Positions 24,701-38,811 of a DNA stretch of 64,000 bases are shown here, piece by piece. Each line of letters starts with the position of its first letter. The stretch's first letter is position 1. The DNA is from Zygnema circumcarinatum SAG 698-1b (lineage: Eukaryota > Plantae > Zygnematophyceae), in contig CM074804.1 of assembly GCA_037447605.1 (NCBI GenBank), positions 5,619,909 through 5,683,908 of the forward strand, read 5' to 3'. The translations under genes and the position numbers were made by a program. The notes under the pieces are model-generated. The model was not told the origin of the DNA. It ran no database searches and worked only from the letters and a program-made list of their open reading frames with translations.

Positions 24701-27630
24701 GCATCCGCCCTTACACATGACCCAATACAGAAGTTTATTGTTGCATAACCCACTTTATCCAAAATTTATGGAAGAAGTACCTTGTTTGCAAGTTACTATG
24801 CGAAAACTAACAATCAGAAGGAACATGCAGCAACAAAAATGTTACCAGTTAGGAGGTTCCTTTGAAGTAACCAGCAGTAACATGATCATATTGAAAAACT
24901 TAACCAACTGAATAGTACTAACAAACGCAGTGCTATGCTTTACATGGCAATACAACCACACATACCTCATTTATCAGACTCATAAAAGGCATGTCGAAAA
25001 CATTCTAGAACTGCCACCGAGGAGCACTGTGCAAATCAATTGCAAAATGGTAACTACAAAAATTCTCACGCCGATGTTATCTTCACCTTACCTTCCATTG
25101 AGGTGTCGACTCTCCGGTAAGCAACGCTTCATTGGCGATCACGCTTCCTGCTATGAGCAGCATATCAGCAGGAACAGTTCGATCATCACTTCCAGGACCT
25201 GTAGGTCTTCCGATCGACACAACATCACCAGGCAGAAGGTCCACACCAGAGAGCTTTAACCACCTGCATAAAAGAAGGCGACGGAGTTCAGGCTAACATG
25301 AATAGAATTAACCTACGACATAAACTGCCATGCCATCATTCCAAGACAGAGACCTCTAGCCAAAACCCACTGCCAAACACTGTTTGGACTCTTGTCAACA
25401 TGGGCCTTTTCCAAGGCATGATTGAATTCCGAGGTTAGCAATAAATAGTCAAATGCACAATCATCGGTGTACTAACTAGGAGGAGATAGGCCAAAAAAAA
25501 ATCCAATCGCAGGCAATGTAAAACGATCTACGGATGCAATGAAGGCGAGCAACTCCAGTCAAACATCTCAAAAACTTCAGAGCTGCGGGCCAAACACGTG
25601 ATTTCAGTTAAATCACACACATCAAGCTTACTTTCCCCCACGATGCGCCATAAGGGTTTGACCATCTACGCGCACCCGGCGAAGCTCCGAAAGCGTCCGC
25701 AGGCGGCTGTTCACCATAGTAGATTCAAACAACAGCAGCATGAAGAGCGTGAAGATACTGTATTGCCAGTAATCGTCCAGGCACCAAAGGCCAATGCAAA
25801 AAACCTGCAATTCAACAACATTGTTCGTGTTTGCCATTACATGGTGAACAACTCTCAACCCAACTGTCCGAGTGCCCGAAACAACAAACAAGATGATAAA
25901 ACTGAATACAGTAAAATTGCATAAGAATGCTGAATAACCAGTTACTGTAGCCACCCTTGGAGTCTAATTGAGTGAACACGCTCAAAAGCCTTCAATGACT
26001 TACCTGGAAGACAAAGAAAGGTGCAAGGCACTGTTCCTTGAAAAGGTTCCAGAATGTGGGTTGAGGGAACTCAAACCTGTACAACCACCAAAGTTGGTCA
26101 GATGATTTGCTTTGTAGAACTTCAACAAGAGCACCGTATCAGTGTCAATCACCCTTACAAACATTGCAACAGAAGGATGTTGCGGTAGGGGAAATCCTCC
26201 ACTAGCAAAGAAAAAGACTTTTCATAATTCCTGCAGGCTTGTGATTAATCCCATCTGGTATCCAGCAGCTCTATAAGCGATTTTGCAAATGTCTTAATAT
26301 TCAAATCTTTAAACCCGGTCATTCTGAGAAATCCTGCGAGGTTCCATATTTTAGAAACCTGAGGATATATGTAAGCCCGCTAAAGATTTTGCTAGTAATC
26401 CACTAATAACAATAACAACAAACATATAGATAACAATCTGCAATTTTCGAAATGCTTACAAGTTGCGGCCCCATTTCTCAGAAGCAGCTTGGACCTTTGA
26501 TTCCGATCCATATCCACTGCACTTGTTGTAAATTGCAAATGTTTCTTTAGAAGGGAAGCCAAGCTTATTGAAAGTGTTCTCCCTTGCAGAATAGCAAAAT
26601 GTTTGCTTACGAAAGTCGAACCGAACTTCTTCGTCTCCTTCGTCGGCTGGTTTAGAAGCAGCAACCAGGCCGGAAGTGTCCTTAGCCCAGGGCTGACCCA
26701 AGTATTGCTTTTCGACCGGAAGCTGCAATAGACAGATGCCAATATAAAAGTTTATAAGCACGAATACTGCCCAAAGCCCATATTCAGCCTTGCATCTGAC
26801 TTTGAAACTCAGATCAGAAGCACGTTGTAACAACAAGAAAAATGTGCCTTCAAAATGACATGAACATGACATTACTGGAATATCCTCAAACCAGAAAAAG
26901 TCCACCTATTTGTCCTCTCATAATAGGTATCTCAACAATGTTTTCCTAGAAAGCATGGCACGTACAGAAGGACAGTAATTGCATGTCACCAAACAGGCAA
27001 AAACACACTCCTCAATTGTACATCTGATTGATGACACTGTCAAACGTCTTCAGCCTCTCCCAGCGCAGAACTATAGTCAAGATAGCTCACCAAATTGCGC
27101 CGCCGAAGTGGTACCACCTCCTTGCTCCCCCCGAACTTCGCTGGAATGACTTTGCATATTTCTGCGTCCTCAATACTCTTAACCTGGTTACACATGAAAC
27201 CAATGGGCAATCCCACGACCACAAAGAAGTTGAGCTGCTACACAAGAAAAACAAACCTCGATTCTTCGTATTCTACTTCCTCGATTCTTCTTATTCTTAC
27301 GCCTGCTGTGATGATGATGATATTTCGGCAAACAGCAATCTCCACCTCGCTTAGACAGAGCCATTTTTTTCATACAGAACTCACCTTGCGGCCGTGGGCG
27401 AAGCACAGGAAGTCCACCGACCACCCGGTAAACAGCACGGCCAAAATTTGCAGTACAGCAATCACACCAAGGAGTATGACGGCATCCATCCGCTCCATGT
27501 TAGGAATCGCGAATACCGCAAACAGCGCATACGCCACGCCAAACGGCAAAACATCTAGCCTTTGTGCAAAAGGTAACCACTTGTACAACTCCACTGCCGT
27601 CACCGTCTTGGACCTTACAGGAATCGCCAT
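15746..27630 (-). CDS. PDR2: P5A-type ER P-type ATPase (PDR2/MIA; SPF1/ATP13A1 orthologue), about 20 exons
   Basis: Start MAIPV..RLDVLPF at 27630. Exons carry [14 protein letters not shown] (22861-22875), phosphorylation motif DKTGTLT (22559-22579), [24 protein letters not shown] (17636-17653) and the C-terminal [31 protein letters not shown] region; stop at 15746. Confidence 0.97.
24165..24236. repeat. 36-bp perfect tandem duplication in an ATPase intron
   Basis: CATTCCACATAAGTACAGGCATGATTTGGCATGCCA twice (24165-24200, 24201-24236). Confidence 0.95.
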
Positions 27631-28427
27631 GGCCAGCCCTAGCACAAGAGATACATACGGCAGCTGCCAGCAGCTACGCCTTCCTTGAGACCCCCTCTGC
27701 ACGCGGCGCCATGGACGCCGCGAGGGGGTTCAGCGTAACTCAACGACGCGAAATATATCGTCCGAGGACGAGCCCGTCACATGTCACAGTTCCAGTTCAG
27801 CACGCCAGGGGGCACTGCAACAGGGACAAGGAGACCGGCGGGCGCCTCGTAGCGTTGGGATGTTATGGTCCGTGCCGTACCTGAAACGTACGGCCTCCAT
27901 GCCACATCCGGACATCCCCCCTTCCATACATCGCATCCCATAGGCAAATGGCAGCAAGAGCATAACTTGGGGACGTGGGAGAGACTCTGCCCTCGGTGCA
28001 TGCGTTGTGGTTCCTGTGCCTCCAATTTAGTTGCGAAACTGGTTCCACTGCGTCTGCAATGGCATAAGCCTGCTCACATGGCGACTAAGGTTGCGTGTGG
28101 CTATTGATTTGGAGGCGACTGCCAATGAGATGCCATACGCAGGGTAGGCTATCAAATTCACTAAAACCAACAAATGTAGCCCAATGAAGAGGTCCTGCGG
28201 CTGCTGTCACGTGAGTGAAACGTTGATATGCCAAAATTTAAGGCACAGGCATATTTAAGCAGTTCATAATGGATAAGTTCAGCTTTCACGAAAAACCTGG
28301 GCATTTCGACCTCATGCCCGCGCAGTACGGGGCATACGTCATCGCTACTCATACCATGGACAGCAAGACTCTGTTACATTAAGAAGGCTTGTTGGCACCT
28401 TCGCATTGACTCAATGCTGAGCATACA

Positions 28428-31400
28428 TCAGAGAAACTTCCGGTCTGTAACGGTGCCACCAAAGCGAGAGGCCAGCCCTTGGGTCATGCTATCTTTGTCC
28501 ATCTTCACCTGCTGCCGTCCCGCACTAAGGTCCGTCTCTCTGTCCCACGGCCGCCATGGATGACTGTCCTGCCAGGACTCGGCATCCTTCGGTTTCAACT
28601 CGTCCGCCTCGTCTGCTTCTCCTTTTCTCTTTTTCTTTTTGCGGGGAACCTCTCCTTGTTCCGTTTGGTGCTTCTCTAAAAGTGATTGGCTTCTTTTTGC
28701 CGCATTATATTTGTCAACAAGAGCTGCTGTCTTCGCAATCTTTTGCGCTTCTAGGATCTTGCTGACAGGCGCCTCAGGGCCCTGCAATCTGGCCTGTGCA
28801 TTACCCTCAAGGTACCTGCGAATAACAAATGATGCCATGTATGTCAGCTTCAATACTACCATTCCTATAGTTCAACCATGATCCTGTGGAGCTATATACC
28901 AAGAGCCCGCCTTTCTAAGCTCGCGCCTGGCACACGTTCGAATAGCGGAGAGGAAATCAAGGACACTTTTATTGGGCAGCAGAAAAAGTTTGATGGCCCA
29001 AAGGCCTGGCAGTGACAGCCAATCCCTTGAGCTCATAGGAAAGAAAAGTCTCAGGCTCGGATACTCACATGTCTTTCGCCTTCTTTGCCTTCATTTCAGG
29101 TGTGTCCGTCCACTCTGACGTGTCTCCCCTCCCAGTCTGCTCCTTCCTGCTAAAGAAGGTGTTTATGGTTGCCTGCTTTGCCTGCAGTCTCCCACGCCCC
29201 TCGCCATCAACATGGAACAAAGGCAGAGCTTGGAAAAGTCTAGGAGTATCAAGGATATCTTAGCCCGTCCTGACATGTTATCAGAATGTATTCAAAGCCT
29301 CCTGAAACCTGCATTTTCATGTAAGTTTCGCTGCTGTGTTCATATTACAGATGACTTGCAATTCAATATTCACTACTACCTCGTTTCTCAAGAAGTTCTC
29401 TCTCCACAAACAAGCTCCTACAAGAGCGACAAAGGCGTATTGACTGCTGGCATCCTGCCATTAACTTCCTCACAAGAACGTGACCCTCAAATGAAGCAAC
29501 TGCACGAAACCAAAACTGTCAAACAGAGAAAAGCAGGAGCTGACTCTGAGAACTAAAGCAAGCAAAATAGAAGCGCGAAGACTGAGAAACTCTTATCGCA
29601 GAAGAAAGGGGAGGATGGCAACTTGGCGTTCGGGCGGCAGCTCAGTCATCCACGAGCCGCGCTGCAAGGGCTGGGCGGGCCCGTTCAGGAGTTCATCATC
29701 CCCGGGAACGGTCTCCCCTGGAGAAGACAATGCACAATGAGAGCAGAGGTTATGCCATTGGGCATAGCAATCCAGTTCTACTGCATGCGGTTAAGGAACT
29801 TGTGTGTCTCTACCTTTTTGACGATCATATGGAGAAGACAGAAGGAAGCACACAAATAGAAATGCCTTTCAAATGTTAGCAAACGTTATTGTCTACTGCT
29901 TCCTGGTTCCAAGATATGGTGTCGCAGCGACAGATTGAAAAAAGTGAGGGTTCAAGAGCTGACCTCGCAAGCGCCGCCACTCTGCCGCCTCCTTTCTAGC
30001 TTTGAGCTCAGCCTGCACCATTATTGTACAAATCGCCCTCTCAACAGCACATTGAACAAAACGCTACGATTGTGAAGCCCCAGAAGCGCGGGGTGCTGTG
30101 AATTTGTGAAAATCCAAAATGGAGAATGTAATCGTCAAAGCTCAGTGAAAATGCAAAACTGAACAACTGAAAAAGAAATACTGAAATCAGTTCATATCTA
30201 TCTCAAGGCTCACCTCATATTCCAGCTTTGCTTGTCGGTTTGCAATTTTGGTGTCCGCTGCAGCTCTCTGTTACCATTCCCAAGAAGCCACCCTCAGGAA
30301 ACATCCAGCTTGTTTTTCCCAATCTGCTGATACCCGCCAGCAATGCCTATAACGGGAAAAAAACAATCACGTTCGTTCATGTTCCTGTTCTTCTCAAACA
30401 GGACACACGTATCATGCTAACAAAGGTTGCACTATTCCACACCGTTATTGGGTCCTGCAGGTCCTTGAGGGCGGCGTTCAGCGCAGTGAAGGCCTGCTTG
30501 GCGAGGGGGTGACTGCACTTGTCGGGATGCACCAGGAGGGACAGCGTACGGTATCTGCAGCAGCACCCCCACCACCCGCAGCATATTTCAGTGGCCACTC
30601 TCTCTCTCTCGGAACACTGCCATAATATTCTCCTAAAAAACCTGAAGTCTACTCCTCTCCCAGTTCAAGCATGCGAGCATAATGCCCGATACAGTATCAC
30701 CCTGATTCTACAAGCGTAATGACTATAAAGAAAACTGCCACGATCCATTCCTACGAGGATTGAAGGTAAAACAAGCAAGAAAGGAGGCCGCGCCTCTAAT
30801 AGTTGCAGCAACTTCAGTTGGCGTAGTGATTGAATGTAGAGGTATTGCCAATTGATTGAATAAAGTTCATTGAAGTGTATCAAATGGCTTTGGTTAACCA
30901 GCGATGAAGTCACCTTTTTTTGAGGTCAGCCTTTCCAAAGTTCGAGTTTACACCGAGAACGTCATAAGGCGAAGCATCAGGGGCCAATATGCGGGTCACC
31001 TGCAACAGCAAAAGCCAATGCCTGCTGAAACAACTCCAGGAAGAAATGCCTTTAACTACAGAAATGAAATCCTCATTCTCAGGCTAAATGCGTGTCTACA
31101 CATTCTCAGGTGCTTGTATAATTGTTGTCAATGCAAGCCTCAATTTAAGTGCAAACATTGAAATACTGAGCAGAGCAATGTAATTTAGTGTTCCGTGTTG
31201 GTAACGGTACTTAATTTTTTATGCCATGCAACCACAAAAGTTCCAAACAGAGCCTTTATGATGCCTTAGTTGTAGGCGTAACGATACAACCCTAACTTGC
31301 AGACTCACTACACTTGTTGACCTATCCTTGTCTATACTTGCCTGTGCAGACATGGATACTTCACGCAGATATTGGAGAAGGAATGAATACTGGAGACTAG

Positions 31401-34113
31401 TACCATCACAACCCTTTAAGTTGTTTCTAATCTGAAGGAAAAAGGTAACATAAATTCGGATTTCGAGTCCAACTTCACGGCGCAATCCCTCGTTTGACAC
31501 AGAGGCAACCATTGTCGAAATTTTAAGCACAAACGCCACGAAGCAATACCTCATCAAAACGCTCTGCCTCCGTAGCATTCTCAGCTTCCTTAGCCATGGC
31601 AGATGGCATTGGGCCAATGTTGTCCTCATCATCGTCGTCTTCATCGTCGTCCCAATGCCTGCACGGCCCCATTGCATCAGCATCCTGAGAAAAAAAAAAA
31701 AAAGATCCTCAAACAACAAAAGCAATAATGCCTCCACTTCAGAGTTTTTCTCACATAATGGAATGACCAAATCTTAAACCTGTAATTGTTCCTTCCGTTT
31801 GGACGTATGAACTGCAAAAGGTGTCACTACTATATCTATACAAGAGAAAGCACTGATTATTCCAAGCACTTGAATGAGCCTTTGCTGAGTGTGCAAATAA
31901 GCAGTGTACGAGAGAGAAGCAGAGACATCTGCATCTCTAGGTGGGAGAATGCCGACACACAAACATGGAAAAAAAACTGCCATCAACCTTCTTATGCAAG
32001 ATCGATGAAATGCGAAGAACTATAGCTAAAAATAAGCAGTTTGTCTACAAAAAAGGCTGAGGTGCCTCTGCAACAGATCTACTGAGGGAGTCATCTCTGA
32101 ACAAGTGGAATTGAAAAAGAATGCTATGCTCTGTTATGCTGCTCCTTCAAATAGAAATTGACAATGCATCACTCCAGATACTGTCAAGAATCAAACTATG
32201 TTTGGGTCATCCACGACAACTTTTGAGTTGGACTCTTTATGGAACATAAATTTCAGTACCTAATCTGAAAAATTAGAACAAAGTATAGAAAAGAAGATAA
32301 CAAGACGTACTCCATAGTTTGTTGAGCTGCAGCTAGCACCTCAGGTGGTGGTACGGAGGGGCCAAAAACTCTGCAGCAAAAAAAAAAAAAAACGAAATTT
32401 CTAATGGCTGTTGAGCCAGGAACAACTGGAATAGAGGAAATACTTCGGCAAACATACGACTTGTATGTTGACTATGTGTTGAATAATCCCTTCTATGAAA
32501 TCGAAATGCCCATTCGATGTGAGCTCCTTGACATGCATTTGGCTGTCGCCATTAGGAGAGATCGCACTGGCAATGGTCGTCTAGACAAGCTTTAGAAGTT
32601 TTGTGCAAATGTGCTGGCACTCGATCTTGTTCTCTGTTCTTGTACTTCCGTTCAAGACCACTTAGCATAGCCAATAAATGTCAGCTGCTACATACATTCA
32701 GTGTAATTATTTCAATTGTGCATGCAATCCCCTCCAATCTCTGCCACATTTCCCTCCAAGTCCAACAGAACCAACCTCTTTTGCGGAACTTCATCTTTAA
32801 TGGGATAACTGCTGGGGCCAATGACGATCTCTGGAAAAGAATCGTCCTGCCCAGTCATTCTTTCCTCATCCCTCCTTCCTTGGCTTAGTTCTCCATCTTG
32901 TGATGCCTCCTGAGGGTTGGGAACTGCTGGCATTGTGCTCGGAAGACCATCCGAAGGTGGCAGAGCTGGACCTATGATTGGCTTTAGTTCTCCTTTACCA
33001 GTAGCAGTTTCAGGAAGATATTCGTTTCTTTTTAAAGGGCCCATATCTGGCCCAATGTCCTGCTTTGGACCTGAAGCAGACAGATCTCTGGTTAGAACGT
33101 TGGCCTCGTCTGTGAAGCTCGTTGTGATCTCGGCTACACAAGTAGGTTCCGTTCGTTGAAGCAGAGGGCCAAGGGATTGCAGAGTTGGCGTGCTGCCTTG
33201 AGATGAAGAGTAGAGCCCAATAGGGGACCTGCGCAGACCCAGTGAATGGAACAGAGCTACGAGGCAGGCCTTCATGGACGGGTCTGGGAGGTCCTTGATG
33301 TCTACTGCTTGGCCATTGTCGATGAGCTCAAAAAGCTGCGGCAATGTAAAGTTGCAGTCAAGCTAAAGTGGCAATGCCCTTGCCTACTTCAGTGCAAAGT
33401 TTTCAACCAACGTTATGAAGGAAAAAATTAACGAGGATTTACCAAGCAAAGAGCCGTATTTTCATTATGGTGAAGTGGACGTTAGCAGTTGGTTAGTCAG
33501 TTAGTTTTATTTCCAAAGACGACAGTGGTTCATGTTCTAACTTGAAAAAGCAGGCCAGGCAGGCTGTGCTGCTTCCAATGCCGAAATTTTTCGCAGTCCC
33601 AATACCAGGATAACAACCAAAGCACATAAAGCACATCCACTAGCTTATCGTCCAATAATCTACATCCTGCCACCCTCAAAGATGACCTTTGAGCAGAGTG
33701 GACAGTGAATTTTTGCATTAGATCACATTCGACTAATGAGCTGCAAGGTTCCTCACCTGTTTCATGTCTCCTGCAATGTTGCCAAATTTATTCAGCATTT
33801 CTGCACAAATATCTGTCGGATCTCTTTCTTCTTCCGACCCACGACTGCTTGTTCCCCCTTCACTTGCTGACTTTGTGTGCTCATCATCAACAAACTCGTC
33901 TGAGGAACAAGCGCTTTTTCGATCTTTCTTTTTCTTTCCCTTCCTGCCCTCGCTCTTACTTCTTCTCCTTTCTTTGCGTTTCTCCTTCCTTTCATGTCGT
34001 TTCTCTCGCCTTCTTTCTTTCTCTTCCTTTCGTCTTCTTTCTTCAGATTTTTGCTGTTCGGCTTTCTTCCTTATCCGCAACGTGGCTCTACCTTCATCCT
34101 CCATAATGCTCAC
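28428..34113 (-). CDS. J-domain (DnaJ) protein with GPALPP/DUF3752-type C-terminus (At1g65280-like)
   Basis: Exons give a Lys/Arg-rich N-terminus, LFELIDNGQAVDI, IGPALPP, IGPMPSAM..EAERFDE, VTRILAPDASPYDVLG, LSLLVHPDKC (HPD at 30521-30529), WMTELPPER, EWTDTP, and VDKYNAAKRSQSLLEKH..HPWRPWDRETDLSAGRQ..LASRFG. One internal junction (32.3-31.7 kb) is ambiguous. Confidence 0.9.
32392..32595 (+). pseudogene. TRS23: TRS23/TRAPPC4 (sybindin) C-terminal coding fragment, antisense within an intron of the J-domain gene
   Basis: TKFLMAVEPGTTGIEEILRQTYDLYVDYVLNNPFYEIEMPIRCELLD matches the sybindin signature LYxDYVLKNPFYxxEMPIRCELFD. No N-terminal exons were found upstream on the + strand. Host intron is 32371-32775. 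Confidence 0.8.
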
Positions 34114-35307
34114 TTGTCTCTCATTGGAACTCAGGTAGGTTCAACGCCGATTTAGAAGGTACCTAATAATTGGCCTGAACCACAATTTCGATAGGAAAAA
34201 ATTGCGAATTAAGAGAAAATCTCCCAAGGTCATGAGTAGCTTAACGAAAAACTTCCACCAGGCTCTGTCCTAATCATCCGCTCTGGGCTGCCAATGTTCC
34301 ACAACCATCAAGCCTTTGCCAAGAACACTGAAACCGAGACCTGATATAAATGGCGGAGATCAAGTATATTTTGATTTATTGTAATTTGTATGCGTTTTCC
34401 GTTTTTGACAATGGCAACGCCTTGCATGGTCGTCAGTCGTTTTCACCATTACAAATCCCATTCTGACTTCAGATAGTATTGCTGTTGCGTGCGGCTTACG
34501 GTGGAGCAAATTCTGGAGAGATTCACTCATGCTCACTTCCTAGTGCGTGAATGCAACAAATTGGCCGGAAATGCCTAAAATTTATAAGAAAAATGTTGGC
34601 GCCATATCTAGCTCCAAACTGTTTTTAAAGTTAAGATCAAATTTTAAAATTTAAATTTAAAGTTTGCAAGGCAAGTCAAAATACAAAGCAATATGGATCC
34701 CCCCTGACTTCACTTCGTTTCCTTGTCTGGATTTGTGTCTTCTACTTTGAACTTGTATCTTTAAAATACTCTTCAGTCATGAAGAAGGCAAGTGATGAAC
34801 AACCCCACGCCACGAATGATTGATGTGTTTTTTAGAGCATCGATAAGACATCGCAACTACTGCACGTCTCTCAAGCGAAGGTCGCCCAAACACAGCGAAC
34901 TTTAAGACAATCCTTCGCGTGCCATATTGAAGAGGAAAGAGCGTACTTGGCAGAACGCTTGCCACCGCTTCGTTCCTCTGTGGTCTGCAGAGTACATACA
35001 CCCCCTCGAGCAGTGAGCACACACACCCGGCAGCGCGGTTCCTTCCACGATTTCCAATCAACGATACGGTAGTAATGCTGTCCCGCACGGCCAGGACCAA
35101 GGAGACTTGGCAAGCGCTACGGCCCTGGTCGCGGGGGGGAGAGAGCTGCGGGAGGGAGCACTGACGGTCCTCAGCTGCTGGCACGCGGGCTGTACCGTAA
35201 TGCTTCGTGCGACTCGATCCTCATAGTGCGACAATCATGCGCTTTTGCAAGTCGTACCATAGGTATCGCGTCGCATTGTGGTCGCAATACTGGTGAATGC
35301 ATGTAAA

Positions 35308-35368
35308 GGAAGTGGCATGGATCTCACGATGGCGAGGCCGTCAAATGTACATGGACAAAATTAACATG
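35308..35368 (+). repeat. dispersed repeat family B, partial copy (~60 bp)
   Basis: GGAAGTGGCATGGATCTCACGATGGCGAGGCCGTCAAATGTACATGGACAAAATTAACATG, shared with 36657-36780(-) and 49605-49742(+). Confidence 0.85.
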
Positions 35369-36155
35369 AGCAACAACAGTCTGAAACAACAGACCGATCA
35401 GCCATAAGAAAGCGCGAAGCCAGAATAGGAGCAACAAGAACCCTACTACCCGAAAAGGCAGGAGGCGCTACAGTGCCACACGAACAGTCGGGGTGAGTCC
35501 CAAACCGCCCCCAAAAGTAGGGAGCGTACGTGCTAGTGGGCCCTCCGACCGATCGAAAACACCACGAACCAAAAGGCAATGGCATACAGAAAATAAACGC
35601 TTGTCAAATGATCGCAATGACTCAAGGAAAGCAAGGGTGGGAGGGAGAGTCCCCAAAAGGTAATAAGGACGCAAAGCAAAACAATGAGTAAGCAAAGAAA
35701 ACAATCTTGCAGACCTGACCCGTCATCCAACACATGCGCAGGCAACATGCCCTTCCCTTTCAGTCACTAGAAACAAATGACAACATGCACTGTACTATAC
35801 TGTACTCCAATTCACATCACAACATGGAGCACCGGCACAGTGCAGCTGGCCGTTCTACAGAACAAGACCTTGCGACATGTGAACAGCAGCAGAAGCACTG
35901 CCGTACAAGGGAGACAGGAGCTGCAAACAAGGTGGCGCGCCCTCGCACAGATAAGAGAGAGAGCACCCAAGGGACGTCCAATGGAGGCGGCCAAACACCC
36001 CCCAAACTGCGCCCTCGCAGCACGCCACGTCGCCAAATGTGCACGTGGCACAACGTGAGTGGCTGTTGGGTCGCAGGCTGCCTTCAATCTGGAGTTCAAG
36101 GCTGACCCACAGAGCCCTTGGAACTTGGAAGAAGAGGCTCTCTCTCGTCTCCGCC

Positions 36156-38811
36156 ATGGCGCAGGTGCTCGCAGCTCCCATGGCGACGGTGGCTCTTGCC
36201 GCTGCTCCTTTCCAGGCTCCATTGGCTGCCTCTGCGGCGGGAGCGCCAAGGGCCATGACCCGCCTCAGCCACTTTGGAAGCAGCTTGTATCTGCAGTCCA
36301 GCCGCTTTGCCAGGAGTCCTGCGGGGAGAGTGCAGAACACCAAGCGAGGTCGAATGTTGTGCATTGCCAAGGCGGAAGACAAATATGTATCTGTTGACCT
36401 GAACAATCAAGAGGAGAAGAGTGACGAGGACTTCACTACATTTTTAGAGCGATCCATGCTGCTTGCAGCGGTTTCCTTTACTCCCCTTCTCGTTGGTCCT
36501 GAGGTAGGATATCTTTGCACTGAAATGCACCGTATCGCTTGCCTGTTGGTTTGATCTTGCGCCTTTCTTGTGCTGCCCTACTGAATATCGCACAGAATCT
36601 ATGTGCGCTCTTCGTTTTTACCTTCGCGGCTGCTTCTAGGGCTGCGTTATTAAGCCTAGGCGTAGCTTTTCGTTCCTAGCTTTTTTCTTTTGTCCTTAGG
36701 TCCTTTGCGACCAGTTCCTCGCGGTTCCCATGTCCATGTACATTTGATGGCCCCGCCATCGTGAGATCAATGCAACTTCCGTTCTCACTCTTAGATTTAT
36801 TTTAGCCACGAGCAAAGGTGAATGCTTTATCTAGACTACTTGGATTTCCATGTCGTGCTATTTCTCTGTCTAACTCGTTCAAGCACGTCGTTTCCATATT
36901 TGTAGCCAGTTATTTTCTTAGATTCATGGTGACTACCACACAAGCGCACTGATTATTGAATTATTTGGACTGTATACGTACCTTTTGTTAGCTTGATTTG
37001 AAATTTATCTTGACGATCATTACTTTTTAGATGTCGCCATGTACTTGCTCACCTCTGAGCTGATGGCAACAGCAATGTCTTGCATTTTTTCAGTTGTTAC
37101 TTCTGCTTAAGGAAATGTGTTTTGCCGTCAAAGGAGTGTGCCTGACTGGCTTCCCATTGTTGAGTTGACTGATTTTCATTTTAATGGTCTTTCTGCCGAA
37201 GTCAAAGTTCTCTTAATTTCGCTTATTTCTTGCGTTTCATTTCTTAGTAGTATCGAAGTCTTTAGCCCACACGTTTCCCAAAGTAAAGGATAGAAGGATC
37301 AGGTTAGATGCAACTTACAACATTGCTCAGAGGTTCCTGTTGCGAGTTGGTATATCTAGGCTCTGATTAGCAGGATGAGTGAGTGCTTGCTTCTGTCGAG
37401 ACTTCACTAGTTAGCTTAGCAAGCCTAGGATGATTCTTTCCTAAACTTTACAGCATACTTCTTTATTACCATCGCATTAACACCATTGTCTGGCTTATCC
37501 CCTCGTTACATTCTGCAGGCAGCTTTGGCAGTTAACCGGGACTTCGGTGCCCTGGAAGGCCGCGTAGCTGCACTAGCTCATCCAATCGGAATGGGAGCGC
37601 TATTTCTGTTCACTTTATGGGCTGGTTACCTTGGGTGGCAATGGCGGCGAGTGCGAACTATTGCAGATGAGATTAGTACTTTAAAGAAGCAGATTCCTGT
37701 CTCTGCCGATGAAGGAGCACCTGCTTCGCCTTTGCAGGCGGAAATTGACAAGCTCACAGAGGTGTAATGTCCCCTCCTTTGCCCACGGAAAGGAGAATGC
37801 TGTGGATTAAGTTCTGGAGTTGAAATGGGGTGTTGAGGACTCTGCAGGGCTGTCCACTCTCTTTCTTAGTTACACTTGGCTTTGTTTGCTATGCCTTACA
37901 GCTCCATCAAGCAGCCCGATGAATCGAAAGGCAGAGGTTTTGTCCTAATTAAACTATTGTTCGTTTGGAGGTGGTGAAAGGAGCGTTACTACCTGCTAAT
38001 TCTATCTTCTGAATATCGATAAAAAAAAGTCTATTGTTTTGCCATTGGTCTCAGTGTTTGGCTTTTCCTTAAATCTTGGTAACCTTTCAGATTGTGAGGA
38101 TTAGTAGGCCCTTCACCATCCCTGTCTCAGTTACTCTGAAGCAAGCAAAAGTGAATTTTTAAAATGCACTGCATTTCCTTCACAGATATATTCGTAACTT
38201 TGGCTAGACTTTGTATTGACTTGTGCTTCATTTCCCTGGCTGCAGGAGCGGAAGGTACTTGTCAAGGGTGGTTTTCGTGATCGCCACTTTAACGCAGGCT
38301 CCATCCTGTTAGGAGCTGGTGTTACTATTTCTATTGGTGGTTGCTTGAATACGTGGATCCGTACCGGAAAGCTCTTTCCAGGTCCTCACCTGTTTGCAGG
38401 AGCAGGTGCGTCTCCATTTTGCTTTGACGGTGCTCCTTGGGAATCAGCACGGAAACTCAGGTTTTGTGTAATCCTAGGTTTACACATTTCTAACAGGTCA
38501 GAGAGGCTAATCAACTTTATAGAAGTTTTGCTCTCATTGACCCACGCCATCATCGGAACCTCAAAAAAGAAACAATTTGCATGGAAGTGCGCAATAACGG
38601 AGCAACTTTGCTGACTTCCTCAAGGTATGGTGCAGGCATCACAGTGCTTTGGGCGCTGGCTGCCGCGATGGTCCCAGCTATGCAGAAGGGGAACGAAACA
38701 GCTCGCAATGCACATATTGTTCTGAATGCCGTCAATGTGGTCCTCTTCATCTGGCAAATTCCCACTGGCCTTGATATTGTTGGGAAGATCCTGAGCCTCC
38801 CCTGGATATAA
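36156..38811 (+). CDS. plastid DUF4079-family membrane protein (At3g61870-like)
   Basis: Exons 36156-36503 (transit peptide), 37519-37761, ~38246-38406, ~38632-38811. Motifs LEGRVAALAHPIGMG, YLGWQWRRVRTI, FRDRHFNAGSILLG, NTWIRTGKLFPGPHLFAGA, ARNAHIVLN, WQIPTG. Confidence 0.9.
36657..36780 (-). repeat. dispersed repeat family B (~125 bp), inside DUF4079 intron 1
   Basis: Its reverse complement aligns over its full length with 49605-49742. Confidence 0.88.
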
